A DNA stretch of 42,984 nucleotides from a virus. The DNA is taken from the IMG/VR virus record IMGVR_UViG_3300009690_000002. One strand, given 5' to 3'. The position numbers and the translations under genes were made by a program. This document shows positions 35,010 to 42,863 of the stretch, one piece after another; position 1 is the stretch's first letter; each line of letters opens with the position of its first letter. The notes under the pieces were generated by a model. It saw nothing but the letters and a program-made list of their open reading frames with translations, did not search any database and was not told where the DNA came from.

Positions 35010-36434
35010 ATGGCAACTCCAGAGGAAATTCAACAGTTGATCGCAGCCATCAATGGCTCAGGGGATATTAATAGTATCCTAGCGCAACTCCAGGCTTACA
35101 TCTCTGGAGATGTTGCTAACCGTCAGGCTGCTAATAAGACTGCTTATGAAGAAGCCTTAGATAAGATCAATCAGTATTATGCAAATGCCGCCCAAGATCG
35201 TGGCACCGCATATAATGATGCCTTTAAAAACATCTCTGATAATCTCTCTAACTTGGGCATGAACTTCGCTGACAGTGATCTCGCTAAACAATGGGATACT
35301 GACCAAAGGTACCTCACTGAGTCTGCGGATACTGCACTTGCTAATGATTTAGCTGATCTTGAAAAGATGCAGCTAGGAAATAATGAAATGTACAACGCCC
35401 TCCTAATGGACATTGCTGCATCTCGTATTAATCAATTAGCTGGTGGGGTTTCTGGTGGTGGTGGCGGCGGTCGTGGCTATAGTAGAGGCAGAAGTGGTGG
35501 AGGGGGGTCTAGTTCAAGTGGTTGGAACTTTGATCCTATTACTGGAGCCCCATTAGGAGATCTAACTGGATCTCTTAGTAGTGATGCAGAAACTATGATT
35601 TATAACCCCTTACTTATTGAGGAACTAGAAAACGCTGCTACAGGGAATGGAATTATTAGTCCTGTCCAAGTAGAGCAGATTCGTAGTTTAATGCGTGAAG
35701 CTGGTCCAGGGGGGATCCAAAAGGTAGGTGAACTTTTAGAAGCTAAGAAACAAAGCCTTCAAGAAGCACAAGATGCACCAGAAGTTAGGGCTCTTGTAGG
35801 TTCAGCTTTCTCTGGGTTACGTAATAACCCAAATGCCATTGCTCCTGGGGCACAACGGTTAACTAGTCCATTGTTTGGAAAAACCGTTAATGATATTAAA
35901 AAGGCTCGTAAATCTTTTGATGAAAGGAATGAAAACTTAGGTAATATTCTTGAACTAATTGGATTTACAGATCAATTTAATCCTAATTTTGGAGCCGTTA
36001 CCACTCGTGAAAAGGTAAATGAAACTAGTAAATGGACTAGGGATAAGATTAAAAATGTCCAACAACCTGGGTATGTTTCTACAGTTCCTGGGTATGATGA
36101 TCCAAGTAACCCACCTGCAATGGTAGTTGGACCAGCTCCTACAAGTTCGAGGAATAGTTCTACACAACCCGCTGTCACTCCAAGAATCCAAACACAAGCT
36201 GATGCAAATTCTCCATTCCTCCGTGCTGCTATGGATGCACAAAAGGAAGCTGAGGAAATGCGTATTCGTAAGCAGAACCAAGAGATGTTAATTCGTGCTG
36301 CACAAGCTCAGCAGGCACAGCAGAATCGTAACCAAGTAATTAATCTTGGCAGTGGACCCACTAAACCTGCGGCGAAGCCAATTGCATCCGCAGCTAAAAA
36401 GAAATTAACCACAGGTATTGCTAAGGCTGTCTAA
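35010..36434 (+). CDS. Internal virion/ejection-type protein with a Gly/Arg/Ser low-complexity tract
   Basis: 474 aa. Contains 'GGVSGGGGGGRGYSRGRSGGGGSSSSG'. The C-terminus is Gln/Ala-rich. The role is a positional inference. Confidence 0.5.
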   Translation: MATPEEIQQLIAAINGSGDINSILAQLQAYISGDVANRQAANKTAYEEALDKINQYYANAAQDRGTAYNDAFKNISDNLSNLGMNFADSDLAKQWDTDQRYLTESADTALANDLADLEKMQLGNNEMYNALLMDIAASRINQLAGGVSGGGGGGRGYSRGRSGGGGSSSSGWNFDPITGAPLGDLTGSLSSDAETMIYNPLLIEELENAATGNGIISPVQVEQIRSLMREAGPGGIQKVGELLEAKKQSLQEAQDAPEVRALVGSAFSGLRNNPNAIAPGAQRLTSPLFGKTVNDIKKARKSFDERNENLGNILELIGFTDQFNPNFGAVTTREKVNETSKWTRDKIKNVQQPGYVSTVPGYDDPSNPPAMVVGPAPTSSRNSSTQPAVTPRIQTQADANSPFLRAAMDAQKEAEEMRIRKQNQEMLIRAAQAQQAQQNRNQVINLGSGPTKPAAKPIASAAKKKLTTGIAKAV

Positions 36435-39400
36435 TGGTAAAGACTTCGGAAGCTCAGAAGAAAAACGTTGAGCGGTTTAATGCTATTTTGAACCAAACCC
36501 TTGGTGCTACGGTTAGTCCAAGGGTTAGGAACTACTCTGTCCCTGTTCAAAGTGATGTTGGTCTCACTAAAGAAGCTTCCAGGTTTCAGCAGAACTCTCG
36601 AGAAACTAAAGCCCTTCTTAAGGAATTAACTAAAGAGAGAACTTCTTCTAAGACTAAGAATGCAAGCAGTAACGGCCTAAAGAAAGATGTTACTACTAAT
36701 CTCAAAGAGATTGATAATACTAAGGACTATCAGGCTGCTCTCAAGAAGTTAATTGGTGAGGGTAAGAGTCCAGATCGAGCTCTCTTAGAAATGGCCCTTG
36801 GAAAACCAAGTTGGTTCAAGAGGAACGTAGTTAATCGTACCGGTAACCTTCTTGGTCGTGCTGGGGATTTAGCTTCCCGTGGTATGTACGCCCTCTCTGA
36901 GGGTGCTCTACAAATGACCCAAGCTTTAGATCAGGGACAACAACCTTGGGAAGTTTTTGATGATTTAGCACATGGTGCTGGTCAAGGACTTTGGGGTACA
37001 AAGAAAACTGGCTTTGGTGATTTTGTTAACTACATGAATGATCCTGATGTAGAACGTCATCGTACCGGTTGGGGAGAAGCTTTTCTATGGACTAATCTCG
37101 GCGCTCCCTTTATGGCTCTTAATGAAGGGAACAAGAAACTCCGTGAAAAATATGGCAGGGACAACCTTGCTTCCCACATTTTTAATGTTGCTGCTGGTGC
37201 TTCTGGGGAGCTTTTCCTTGATCCTGCTAACTGGATTGGTGTAGGTTTAGCTACTAGTACCTCAGATGCTGTACGTGCATCATCTAAAATTGATGATGTT
37301 GTTCGTGCTTTTCGTTCAGCTGAGAATGTTGCTGACCCTATTACTAAAGCAGAACGTAAAGCTGCACGTGCTTGGCTAAAAACCTCCGAAGGGATTACTT
37401 ACCAACGTAACAGTTGGTATATGAAAATCGCTCAAGATCAGGTTGATAACTCTGAACTACTTTCCCGCCTATCTAACAGACCGGGTGGGTATAAGACAGC
37501 TACTGGAGCCCGTGCAGGCGGATCTAGAACCCCTGCCCAAGTTATTGCTGAGAGTATGGCCGATGTAATGGATAATGGTATCCTTACTCCAGAAGGAACC
37601 TCCCGTTCAGTAAACAATCATATTATCCGTGAAGCATCTGCAGCTAATGCAGGTTCTGTTGCCTATGAAATGGCTACTAAAACCTTTGAGAAGAACTATG
37701 AGAAGATTCTCAATGATGCAATGGAGTTGGACTCCAAAGCTTATCAAAAATTGGTGAATAGTGGGGACCCACTATGGGAAGCCTTTGAGGAGTATATTGA
37801 CGGTAACCTCCATAAGTTAGCTGATGAAACAAGTGGTTATACTCGTCACCAACTTCTTGAAGAAGCACACAGGGCTGCTATAGATAAAGTTGTTACGCCA
37901 GAAATCAATAAGGTTATGGACAACATCCGTGGAGAAATCACGGCTGGTATGTACAACTCTCCTGCTATCCGTGTAGGTAACACAAAAGTTGAAATTCGTC
38001 CTCTGGGGGAAGCCTATGATAAGTTCCGCACTAAGACTGGTTTCAACAGAATCGTCAATCCCTTAAGCCTAGATAGTCAAATTTCCCAAGCTGGAACTCA
38101 GATGGTTCGTAAGGCTCGTGCAAGAAGTGCAGAGCGGTTCCATAAATTCCTCTATGGGTATAAAGATGCTAAGGGAAATGTTTTTCGTGGTGCTCGTGAG
38201 GTAGCTGGTCAATATGATGCTGCTGCACGAACTCAGATTAGACAGTTCATTAACAACGATCTAACTGGTATGGCACTTCCAGGAAATCATCTAGATGACG
38301 GAATCCAATTTGTTAGGGATGAGTTAAAAGAAATCTATAATCTAGAGATTGCTTCTGGTGCTCGTTCAGTAGATAGTAAGTTTGTTAAAAACTACACTCC
38401 TGTAGAGTGGAAAGAAGCTCTACTAGATCGTACCAATATTAACCATAAGCGTAAAGTCTTTACCGAACAACGGAAGCTTGATATTGCCAACACTGGTAAT
38501 GTCATTTCAGATGTTGATATTGCTCTTCAAGCGAAACTAAAGCCTGTTGAGGATATCTTTGAGGCCCTGTATGTTCGTCGACTCAAAGCAGAGCACCAGA
38601 TTGCTCGTGCAGAAGTTACAGAGGCTTTCTTCCGTAATCTTGGTGTGTCCGGCAAAAATGTCTCACCAACTCTTGCAAGAGGTCAAGGTTGGGAGAAGAT
38701 CGCTAGCCTAGGTTCTAATGGTAAAGTTAGGGAGATGCTCACCAGGGATGGAAAGCATACCTATAAGATCAATGAGAACTTAAGGAAGTTTATCCAGAAA
38801 TCAGGAGAAGATCTCTATCTTCCCAAGGATGTTGCAGAAGCTTTCTATAACTTCCAACGTCTAGCAGATACCCAGAACCTTGAGGAACTGGGTGACTTTA
38901 TGAAGATCTTTGATAAGGTACTTCGTAACTTCAAAGCATCAGCTACTATGCCCTATCCTGGGTTCCATGTTAAGAACATGGTAGGTGACATCTTTGTTGG
39001 ATGGATGGATGGAGTTCGTGTAGGTGACTATGATAGGTTCTTCAAGGTAGCTGCTGCCAATAATGAAACGCTACCTACAGTGGCTAAAAGTAAAACCACT
39101 TACTTCCAACTAGGGAATGGTAATCAATTAGATTATCATGTAATGAACCGTCTCTATAAGCAGAACGCTGCTTCTGGTGGTTTCTCCACTATGGATACTT
39201 CCCCTTCTGCACGCACCGCTGTAGGTCGTAGGGTTAACAAAGCTACTAACCGTACAGGAGAGTTTATGCGTAACCTGTCGGAAGGTCGTGAAGATCTAGG
39301 TCGTAAGGTTCACTTCGTACATGCAATTGAGGATGAATTAAATGTACGTAAGCTGAGGAACGTTAAACTGGATGAAGCTTTCTGGGACACACCTACAGGG

Positions 39401-40219
39401 AAGAAGGTTATTGACAACGCTACTTTCCGGGTTGACAAATGGAAGTTTGATTATGGTGCATTAACGGCGACCGAGCGTACAATTATGCGTCGAGTCATGC
39501 CCTTCTACACCTTCATGAGGAAGTCACTCCCAGCTATGTTAGAAGGGTTCCTCATGAACCCAGATATGTTGGGCAAGCAGCATAGGTTGTTTTCATCTCA
39601 AGATGGGGAGTTAGGCCCGCAGTTTTATCCCTGGGAGCGAGAACTAGGTTTCGCTTCTTGGGGGAACACCATTATTCCAAAGAGTATCTTCCCGATTGAT
39701 ACTATGCAGGACCTATTGAATGACCCCACTAATCCAGGTGCCACCTCAAAGGTCTTTGTAGACCAACTGAACCCACTGCTTAAAATTCTATATGAATTAG
39801 GAACTAATCATAATTCCTTCACTGGCAGAGATCTCTTTAAGGAGCAGGATCGTACTACTGAAAACCAGTTTAATTATGCCCTTAGGAACATCCTCCCCCC
39901 TGTAGGTACAATTGAGGATCTTGTTACTAAAGGTAAGCTCTCAGATCGTATGGTTCTCGGTCTAGGTATCAAGTCCTATGGTGAGGAAACTAGGCTTCGT
40001 AACTTACAGTATGGGTTTGGTTCTACTCAAAAGAGGATCAACCAAGCTTCTGAAAGATTACTAGAACCACTAGGTTACCGTATGTTTGTATCCACCAGGA
40101 ACTCTGGTACATCAATTGTAGTTAAAGAAATTGATGGCAAAGAGCTCTACCGTGGGGACCTACAGGGGGCTCTAACTGTTGTTCAGAATATCCTTGGAAC
40201 AGTGAGGGCAAATAATTGA
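36434..40219 (+). CDS. Very large internal virion / DNA-ejection protein (1261 aa)
   Basis: Last and largest gene of the structural operon. Its size and position are analogous to podovirus internal core proteins. No catalytic motif was recognised. Confidence 0.55.
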   Translation: MVKTSEAQKKNVERFNAILNQTLGATVSPRVRNYSVPVQSDVGLTKEASRFQQNSRETKALLKELTKERTSSKTKNASSNGLKKDVTTNLKEIDNTKDYQAALKKLIGEGKSPDRALLEMALGKPSWFKRNVVNRTGNLLGRAGDLASRGMYALSEGALQMTQALDQGQQPWEVFDDLAHGAGQGLWGTKKTGFGDFVNYMNDPDVERHRTGWGEAFLWTNLGAPFMALNEGNKKLREKYGRDNLASHIFNVAAGASGELFLDPANWIGVGLATSTSDAVRASSKIDDVVRAFRSAENVADPITKAERKAARAWLKTSEGITYQRNSWYMKIAQDQVDNSELLSRLSNRPGGYKTATGARAGGSRTPAQVIAESMADVMDNGILTPEGTSRSVNNHIIREASAANAGSVAYEMATKTFEKNYEKILNDAMELDSKAYQKLVNSGDPLWEAFEEYIDGNLHKLADETSGYTRHQLLEEAHRAAIDKVVTPEINKVMDNIRGEITAGMYNSPAIRVGNTKVEIRPLGEAYDKFRTKTGFNRIVNPLSLDSQISQAGTQMVRKARARSAERFHKFLYGYKDAKGNVFRGAREVAGQYDAAARTQIRQFINNDLTGMALPGNHLDDGIQFVRDELKEIYNLEIASGARSVDSKFVKNYTPVEWKEALLDRTNINHKRKVFTEQRKLDIANTGNVISDVDIALQAKLKPVEDIFEALYVRRLKAEHQIARAEVTEAFFRNLGVSGKNVSPTLARGQGWEKIASLGSNGKVREMLTRDGKHTYKINENLRKFIQKSGEDLYLPKDVAEAFYNFQRLADTQNLEELGDFMKIFDKVLRNFKASATMPYPGFHVKNMVGDIFVGWMDGVRVGDYDRFFKVAAANNETLPTVAKSKTTYFQLGNGNQLDYHVMNRLYKQNAASGGFSTMDTSPSARTAVGRRVNKATNRTGEFMRNLSEGREDLGRKVHFVHAIEDELNVRKLRNVKLDEAFWDTPTGKKVIDNATFRVDKWKFDYGALTATERTIMRRVMPFYTFMRKSLPAMLEGFLMNPDMLGKQHRLFSSQDGELGPQFYPWERELGFASWGNTIIPKSIFPIDTMQDLLNDPTNPGATSKVFVDQLNPLLKILYELGTNHNSFTGRDLFKEQDRTTENQFNYALRNILPPVGTIEDLVTKGKLSDRMVLGLGIKSYGEETRLRNLQYGFGSTQKRINQASERLLEPLGYRMFVSTRNSGTSIVVKEIDGKELYRGDLQGALTVVQNILGTVRANN

Positions 40220-40588
40220 TCCTTTGTAACCTGGCTTCACACCGAGGATCAGATTACTAAGTTCAAAGTTGTTCTTGTTCTTATCCTTAAAGTAGACAGC
40301 CTCATGGGGCAGGAGTTTCCTTCCAAGCTTCTGTTCCATGAGGCTTCTGTGTTTAAGGATTAACTTCCCCTCACTCTCAACGTAAGCATAACCCTTCGTG
40401 TTATAAACAGTCTTACGTCTACCCTTGGGACGACCGTTCTTCTTAGGGCGCTTTTTTAAAGCCTCATTAAACTTGAACTCAGCTATAAGCTGACTATATT
40501 TCTCGATGTTCTTCTCGGTTGACATTTCCCTCAGATCCATCCTACGGGGTTTTGTGTACCATGCCGGTGGGGTGCCCTTGTGGCCCAT
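40172..40588 (-). CDS. HNH_3-like homing endonuclease (free-standing); likely starts at ATG 40540
   Basis: 'GYAYVESEGKLILKHRSLMEQKLGRKLLPHEAVYFKDKNKNNFELSNLIL' fits the HNH_3 layout, though the second His position is degenerate. The 3' end overlaps the convergent 1261-aa gene by 48 nt. Confidence 0.55.
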   Translation of the reverse strand: MGHKGTPPAWYTKPRRMDLREMSTEKNIEKYSQLIAEFKFNEALKKRPKKNGRPKGRRKTVYNTKGYAYVESEGKLILKHRSLMEQKLGRKLLPHEAVYFKDKNKNNFELSNLILGVKPGYKGSIICPHCSKDILNNS

Positions 40589-40645
40589 GAGAGGGCTGTT
40601 CGTGCCCGTACGGGGTTTTGTGTACCATACAGATCGGGGTGCCCT
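40543..40645. repeat. Tandem bipartite repeat (copy 1 at 40543-40578, copy 2 at 40609-40645)
   Basis: TACGGGGTTTTGTGTACCAT (20 nt exact), then N6/7, then GGGGTGCCCT (10 nt exact), present twice with a 66-bp period. Confidence 0.85.
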
Positions 40646-40649
40646 GGGA

Positions 40650-40802
40650 TCATAACCAGTTCCCGCAGCGAGAGCAGATTAGATCAACGTTTTTATACAG
40701 AGGGACTAATTTCTCCTGTAAAGAAGTAGCCTTTATACAATCTGAGCAATAGACCTTCTTGTACTCCCTGTCGGTATAGCCGATTACAGTCTGATTTTCC
40801 AT
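40650..40802 (-). CDS. Small zinc-ribbon protein (50 aa; not in the ORF track)
   Basis: My translation is MENQTVIGYTDREYKKVYCSDCIKATSLQEKLVPLYKNVDLICSRCGNWL (CxxC...CxxC). Confidence 0.45.
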   Translation of the reverse strand: MENQTVIGYTDREYKKVYCSDCIKATSLQEKLVPLYKNVDLICSRCGNWL

Positions 40803-40821
40803 AGTGGGGGACACTCCCGGT

Positions 40822-40830
40822 GTGGTACAA
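40822..40830 (+). promoter_or_regulatory. Candidate extended -10 promoter TGGTACAAT for whiB
   Basis: TGnTAcAAT lies about 17 nt upstream of the whiB ATG, with a GGAG between them. Confidence 0.35.
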
Positions 40831-40846
40831 TGGGATAGTGGAGTGG

Positions 40847-41206
40847 ATGAAATATGCGAATTGTAGGGGTTACACTAAAACTATGTACCCCACAAATGAC
40901 AAGGTTCAAGCAGCTGCTAAAAGACTCTGTGCCAGTTGTGGGGTACGCAGTGAATGCCTAGAGTACGCACTCTCTAATTTTGAGGAACATGGGATATGGG
41001 GTGGGTTAAACTCAGCAGAAAGAGCTAGGCTTTCTGTGAACCGGTTACTGGTAAAGCGTTCAAATTCCGAACAGCAAAGTAACACGCATGAGCAAAGGCA
41101 TCTTGCCAGTGTGTCCCTTTCTTCCCCGGAGAGTACTTCATATTCGCAAACCCATATGCCGGAGGTTTTACAGACGCCGGTTGTTTTTCGAGTCGTGTTC
41201 CGGTAA
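40847..41206 (+). CDS. whiB: WhiB-family (Wbl) Fe-S transcription factor
   Basis: 'CRG...(x22)...CASCGVRSECLEYAL...EHGIWGGL' shows the four-Cys pattern plus the G[IV]WGG turn diagnostic of Wbl proteins. ATG 40847 (MKYANC) is preferred over the upstream GTG start at 40820. Confidence 0.8.
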   Translation: MKYANCRGYTKTMYPTNDKVQAAAKRLCASCGVRSECLEYALSNFEEHGIWGGLNSAERARLSVNRLLVKRSNSEQQSNTHEQRHLASVSLSSPESTSYSQTHMPEVLQTPVVFRVVFR

Positions 41207-41468
41207 GTTCACAAAGTAACTCAATTTTCCCGATTACCCGTGGTGCTACCATGTTGTTGTAATCGAAGTGACCACTCCGAGCTTTGTCCGGTCGGATCAA
41301 AAAGTCCTCACAAACTACGAGGTCCGCACTGTTGATTAGCTCTTTTAAGGGTTCAATAGACTCATTCTTAGCTACACCAAGCTCCCCTGTAGGTTTGATC
41401 TTCCGGTCGATCACCTCAATCATACAGTAACCTGTATTCTTCCCAGGGTCTAAACCTAGCACTCTCAT
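41025..41468 (-). CDS. ruvC: RuvC-like Holliday junction resolvase
   Basis: 'MRVLGLDPGKNTGY' (first catalytic Asp), 'VVCEDF' and 'WQDAFAHACY' fit the RNase H-fold resolvase pattern. 147 aa. Confidence 0.7.
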   Translation of the reverse strand: MRVLGLDPGKNTGYCMIEVIDRKIKPTGELGVAKNESIEPLKELINSADLVVCEDFLIRPDKARSGHFDYNNMVAPRVIGKIELLCELTGTRLEKQPASVKPPAYGFANMKYSPGKKGTHWQDAFAHACYFAVRNLNALPVTGSQKA

Positions 41469-41989
41469 TGAAATAAGCCTACAAACCGTTGGGCTAGACG
41501 TTGTGCTTCGTAAAGAGCTACATGCTGTGCTCCATCAACATGATGACCAGTAAACTTAGACTTAAGATATTGACTCATGGTGTTCACACACAGAACATCT
41601 GTAAAAGGTGCTTCTTTACCGTTCACCTTGTAGAGCATGTCAACCCAAGGATACACCTCATGCGGGTAGTCTGCAACCATAATGAGTTCAGTTTCATTGC
41701 CCTGGATCTTCTTAAGGTAACGATCTAGAGAGTGCATAGCAGAAATAGGAACTAAACGATCCTTTTCCCAACTGAACACCTCATTCTGAGCTTCTGTGTT
41801 CTGGTTCTCCCACCAAGAGATGTGATCTTCTTCCTTACGAGATTCGTCATAAGCTAAAGCCACAGAGAAGGAATCCAGAAACTTGTACTCACCGTTCTGG
41901 AACTTAATTCCCATAGCACCAATGTTAGTCAACGCTCCGAATGTGGGGACAGTGTTAATTGCATTAACACTCATTGCTACATATGTCAC
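41465..41989 (-). CDS. DnaQ-fold (Rv2179c-like) 3'-5' exonuclease homologue, possibly with non-canonical active site
   Basis: 'HISWWENQNTEAQ' and 'QHVALYEAQRLAQ' resemble conserved blocks of this family. The expected N-terminal DxE appears as 'NTV'. GTG start 8 nt after AAGGAG. Confidence 0.4.
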   Translation of the reverse strand: MTYVAMSVNAINTVPTFGALTNIGAMGIKFQNGEYKFLDSFSVALAYDESRKEEDHISWWENQNTEAQNEVFSWEKDRLVPISAMHSLDRYLKKIQGNETELIMVADYPHEVYPWVDMLYKVNGKEAPFTDVLCVNTMSQYLKSKFTGHHVDGAQHVALYEAQRLAQRFVGLFQ

Positions 41990-42090
41990 TTGAACAACTC
42001 CTTAATATAAATACCTACAGTGGTGGCCACAGCAAGTAGGAAAATAACAAAACCAACAGCTAGGGGACCGGTAAAGAAGAAATCAATCAT
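41986..42090 (-). CDS. Small membrane peptide (34 aa; not in the ORF track)
   Basis: My translation is MIDFFFTGPLAVGFVIFLLAVATTVGIYIKELFK. Confidence 0.35.
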   Translation of the reverse strand: MIDFFFTGPLAVGFVIFLLAVATTVGIYIKELFK

Positions 42091-42361
42091 TTGAACCCAT
42101 CTCCACCATAATTTTTTCTAGCTTGTCAGTTGTTGCAAACACATCATCTCCAATATCATTCATAAGCTTACCGATTAGTTCTCCGAACCAGATGATTTCC
42201 CGATTATCCGGTTCAGTAACCAAATCAAAGTCCAGATTCGCGACCCTACTGATAGTAAAGCTTGCACTCACCAACGATCCACGGATCTGGAAGTTGAACC
42301 CAATCGGTCCGAGAGTCTTATTCAAATCTTCCAACATTTGTTCATAAAAATAATGCATCAT
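42083..42361 (-). CDS. Hypothetical protein (92 aa)
   Basis: ORF with a 4-nt overlap to the upstream gene. Confidence 0.5.
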   Translation of the reverse strand: MMHYFYEQMLEDLNKTLGPIGFNFQIRGSLVSASFTISRVANLDFDLVTEPDNREIIWFGELIGKLMNDIGDDVFATTDKLEKIMVEMGSND

Positions 42362-42594
42362 AACCCCCTAATTGTCTTTTCCCGTTCTGTTTTCAATTCT
42401 AGAACACCCTTCTCCATTGATGTAGCTATCCACATTGGGGTACTAAGATCCTTCTCTGTAAAAATGAGATCAACCTTGCTCAGAATTGAAAACTCACAGT
42501 AGTAGAGACCGTTTTCCTCATCCATTCTCATGTCAATCTTGATGGGTAGATTGAAATTATCCTGAACAATCTTGTTCAACCTAGTGAGGTTCAT
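42358..42594 (-). CDS. Hypothetical protein (78 aa)
   Basis: ORF with 4-nt overlaps on both sides. Confidence 0.5.
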   Translation of the reverse strand: MNLTRLNKIVQDNFNLPIKIDMRMDEENGLYYCEFSILSKVDLIFTEKDLSTPMWIATSMEKGVLELKTEREKTIRGL

Positions 42595-42863
42595 TCCTCT
42601 ACCTTTTCATATGTAGCTTCAAAGATATCTGGCTTACAAGGGTAGAACTCTCCTTGAACACCTTTGATGATCCAGTCTCCAGGGGATACCCAAAGTGGCC
42701 CTTCAAGGGTGTTAATGTAGAAAAGATGATTAGTTTGTTCTAGAGTTAACTCACCGAAGGGGAGAACTCCCCCACACCAATTCATAATTAAACAATCTTC
42801 ATCATAATCTTGACCAGTTTGACGAGCCTCGATTACTACTGGCTTTTTCCTGTAGGTTCCCAT
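42591..42863 (-). CDS. Hypothetical conserved small phage protein (90 aa)
   Basis: 'YRKKPVVIEARQ...' is an N-terminus seen in many small phage proteins. The ATG lies 1 nt after the polymerase stop across the circular junction. Confidence 0.55.
   Translation of the reverse strand: MGTYRKKPVVIEARQTGQDYDEDCLIMNWCGGVLPFGELTLEQTNHLFYINTLEGPLWVSPGDWIIKGVQGEFYPCKPDIFEATYEKVEE

Noticed and set aside
35440-35520. The Gly/Arg/Ser tract (GGVSGGGGGGRGYSRGRSGGGGSSSSG) as a separate repeat element
   Set aside because: It is in frame within a long structural ORF and is most simply a flexible low-complexity linker. It is noted in the CDS evidence only.
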